A stretch of DNA of 64,000 nucleotides from a bacterium (lineage in GTDB: Bacteria > UBA8248): the NCBI GenBank assembly GCA_965219955.1, contig OZ244799.1:1125915-1189914 (forward strand), read 5' to 3'. Each line of letters starts with the position of its first letter. Position 1 is the stretch's first letter. Positions 63,346-64,000 of the stretch are shown piece after piece. Both the position numbers and the translations under genes were made by a program. Below the pieces are notes generated by a model, which was not told the origin of the DNA, made no database searches, and worked only from the letters and a program-made list of their open reading frames with translations.

Positions 63346-64000
63346 TTGAGTCGTTTGGACGGGAAAAGGGCGCTCGTGACGGGTGGGTCGCGCGGGATCG
63401 GCGAATGCGTGGCCCGGCGCTTCGCGGCGGAAGGTGCGAGCCTGTATCTGGCCGCCGATGGAACGCAGGATGAACTCGAAAACGTAGTGCGCGAATGCGG
63501 GGCCGCCGGAGGCGCGGCTTCTTTCGGCATCTTCGATCTGAGTGAAGAGGGCGCCGCCGAGCAAATGGTGGAGGCCGCAGCAAGCGCGCTGGGCGGCGTG
63601 GACGTTCTCGTGAACAACGCAGGAATCCGCGCCAGCCAACCCTTCGGCACGTTCTCGTATGCGGATTTCGGCCGCGTGGTCGCCGTGAACCTGCGCGCTC
63701 CGTTCTTCGCGAGCCAAGCGGTGTTGCCGCTCATGCGGGAGGCGGGCGGCGGGCGAATCATCCACGTCGCGAGCCAGTTGGGCTCCGTGGCGGCGCGCAA
63801 TACCGCGCTCTACAGCGCTACGAAGGCGGCGCTGATCCAGCTCACCCGCTCCATGGCGCTCGAACTCGCCGGCGAGAACATTCTGGTGAACGCCGTCAGC
63901 CCGGGCCCCACGGCGACGGAATATCTCAAGAAACACGCCTATAAAACGCCTGAGGAGCGCGCGCAACGTCTCGGCACAGTACCGATGGGGCGTTTCGGCG
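63346..64000 (+). CDS. SDR family oxidoreductase (3' end truncated by the window edge; not in the ORF track)
   Basis: My own translation gives 'LSRLDGKRALVTGGSRGIGECVARRF...VLVNNAG...YSATKAALIQLTRSMALE...NAVSPGP'. TTG start assumed. The ORF runs off the window. Confidence 0.8.
   Translation, partial: MSRLDGKRALVTGGSRGIGECVARRFAAEGASLYLAADGTQDELENVVRECGAAGGAASFGIFDLSEEGAAEQMVEAAASALGGVDVLVNNAGIRASQPFGTFSYADFGRVVAVNLRAPFFASQAVLPLMREAGGGRIIHVASQLGSVAARNTALYSATKAALIQLTRSMALELAGENILVNAVSPGPTATEYLKKHAYKTPEERAQRLGTVPMGRFG

Overview
GC-rich bacterial chromosomal window with about 50 supportable protein genes. I saw no rRNA, tRNA or CRISPR array. Gene content is mostly metabolic and transport. It includes three tandem DMT/EamA paralogs and a Cys-type NAD-linked formate dehydrogenase pair (FdsA/FdsB-like). 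There is an 8-gene Bat-like cluster: MoxR, DUF58, vWA/BatA, DUF4159, DUF4175, peptidase-MA/TPR and an MBL-fold protein. Also present are a Tm-1-like/PEP-hydrolase-like pair, a HEPN-MNT toxin-antitoxin pair, and a cluster encoding FAD oxidoreductase, HIBADH-like protein, UbiX, FdrA and amidase. Transport genes include a TAXI-TRAP transporter and a NitT/TauT-type ABC operon. Other genes are an IS110-family insertion sequence, xanthine-dehydrogenase-family L and M subunits, a DcaP-like porin, PlsC, a ClC channel, and several SDR, VOC, LLM and cupin enzymes. Three things stand out. (1) Two genes are interrupted by an in-frame TGA exactly where their family has its catalytic cysteine: an AhpD/CMD-like protein (CxxU) and a two-domain rhodanese (Y-U-Q-T-G-Y-R). 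Each TGA is followed about 20 nt downstream by a hairpin with a G-rich apical loop, so both are strong selenocysteine-recoding candidates. The formate dehydrogenase in the same window uses Cys at the canonical Sec position. (2) About 10% of the window (about 6.4 kb) is gene-free intergenic DNA built almost entirely from a few families of short hairpin-forming repeat modules. These include five copies of a roughly 165-215 bp MITE-like element with 29-bp terminal inverted repeats. (3) The IS110 element abuts one of these palindromic repeats, which is consistent with REP-targeted insertion. All product calls come from reading motifs in the supplied translations. No database search was run.
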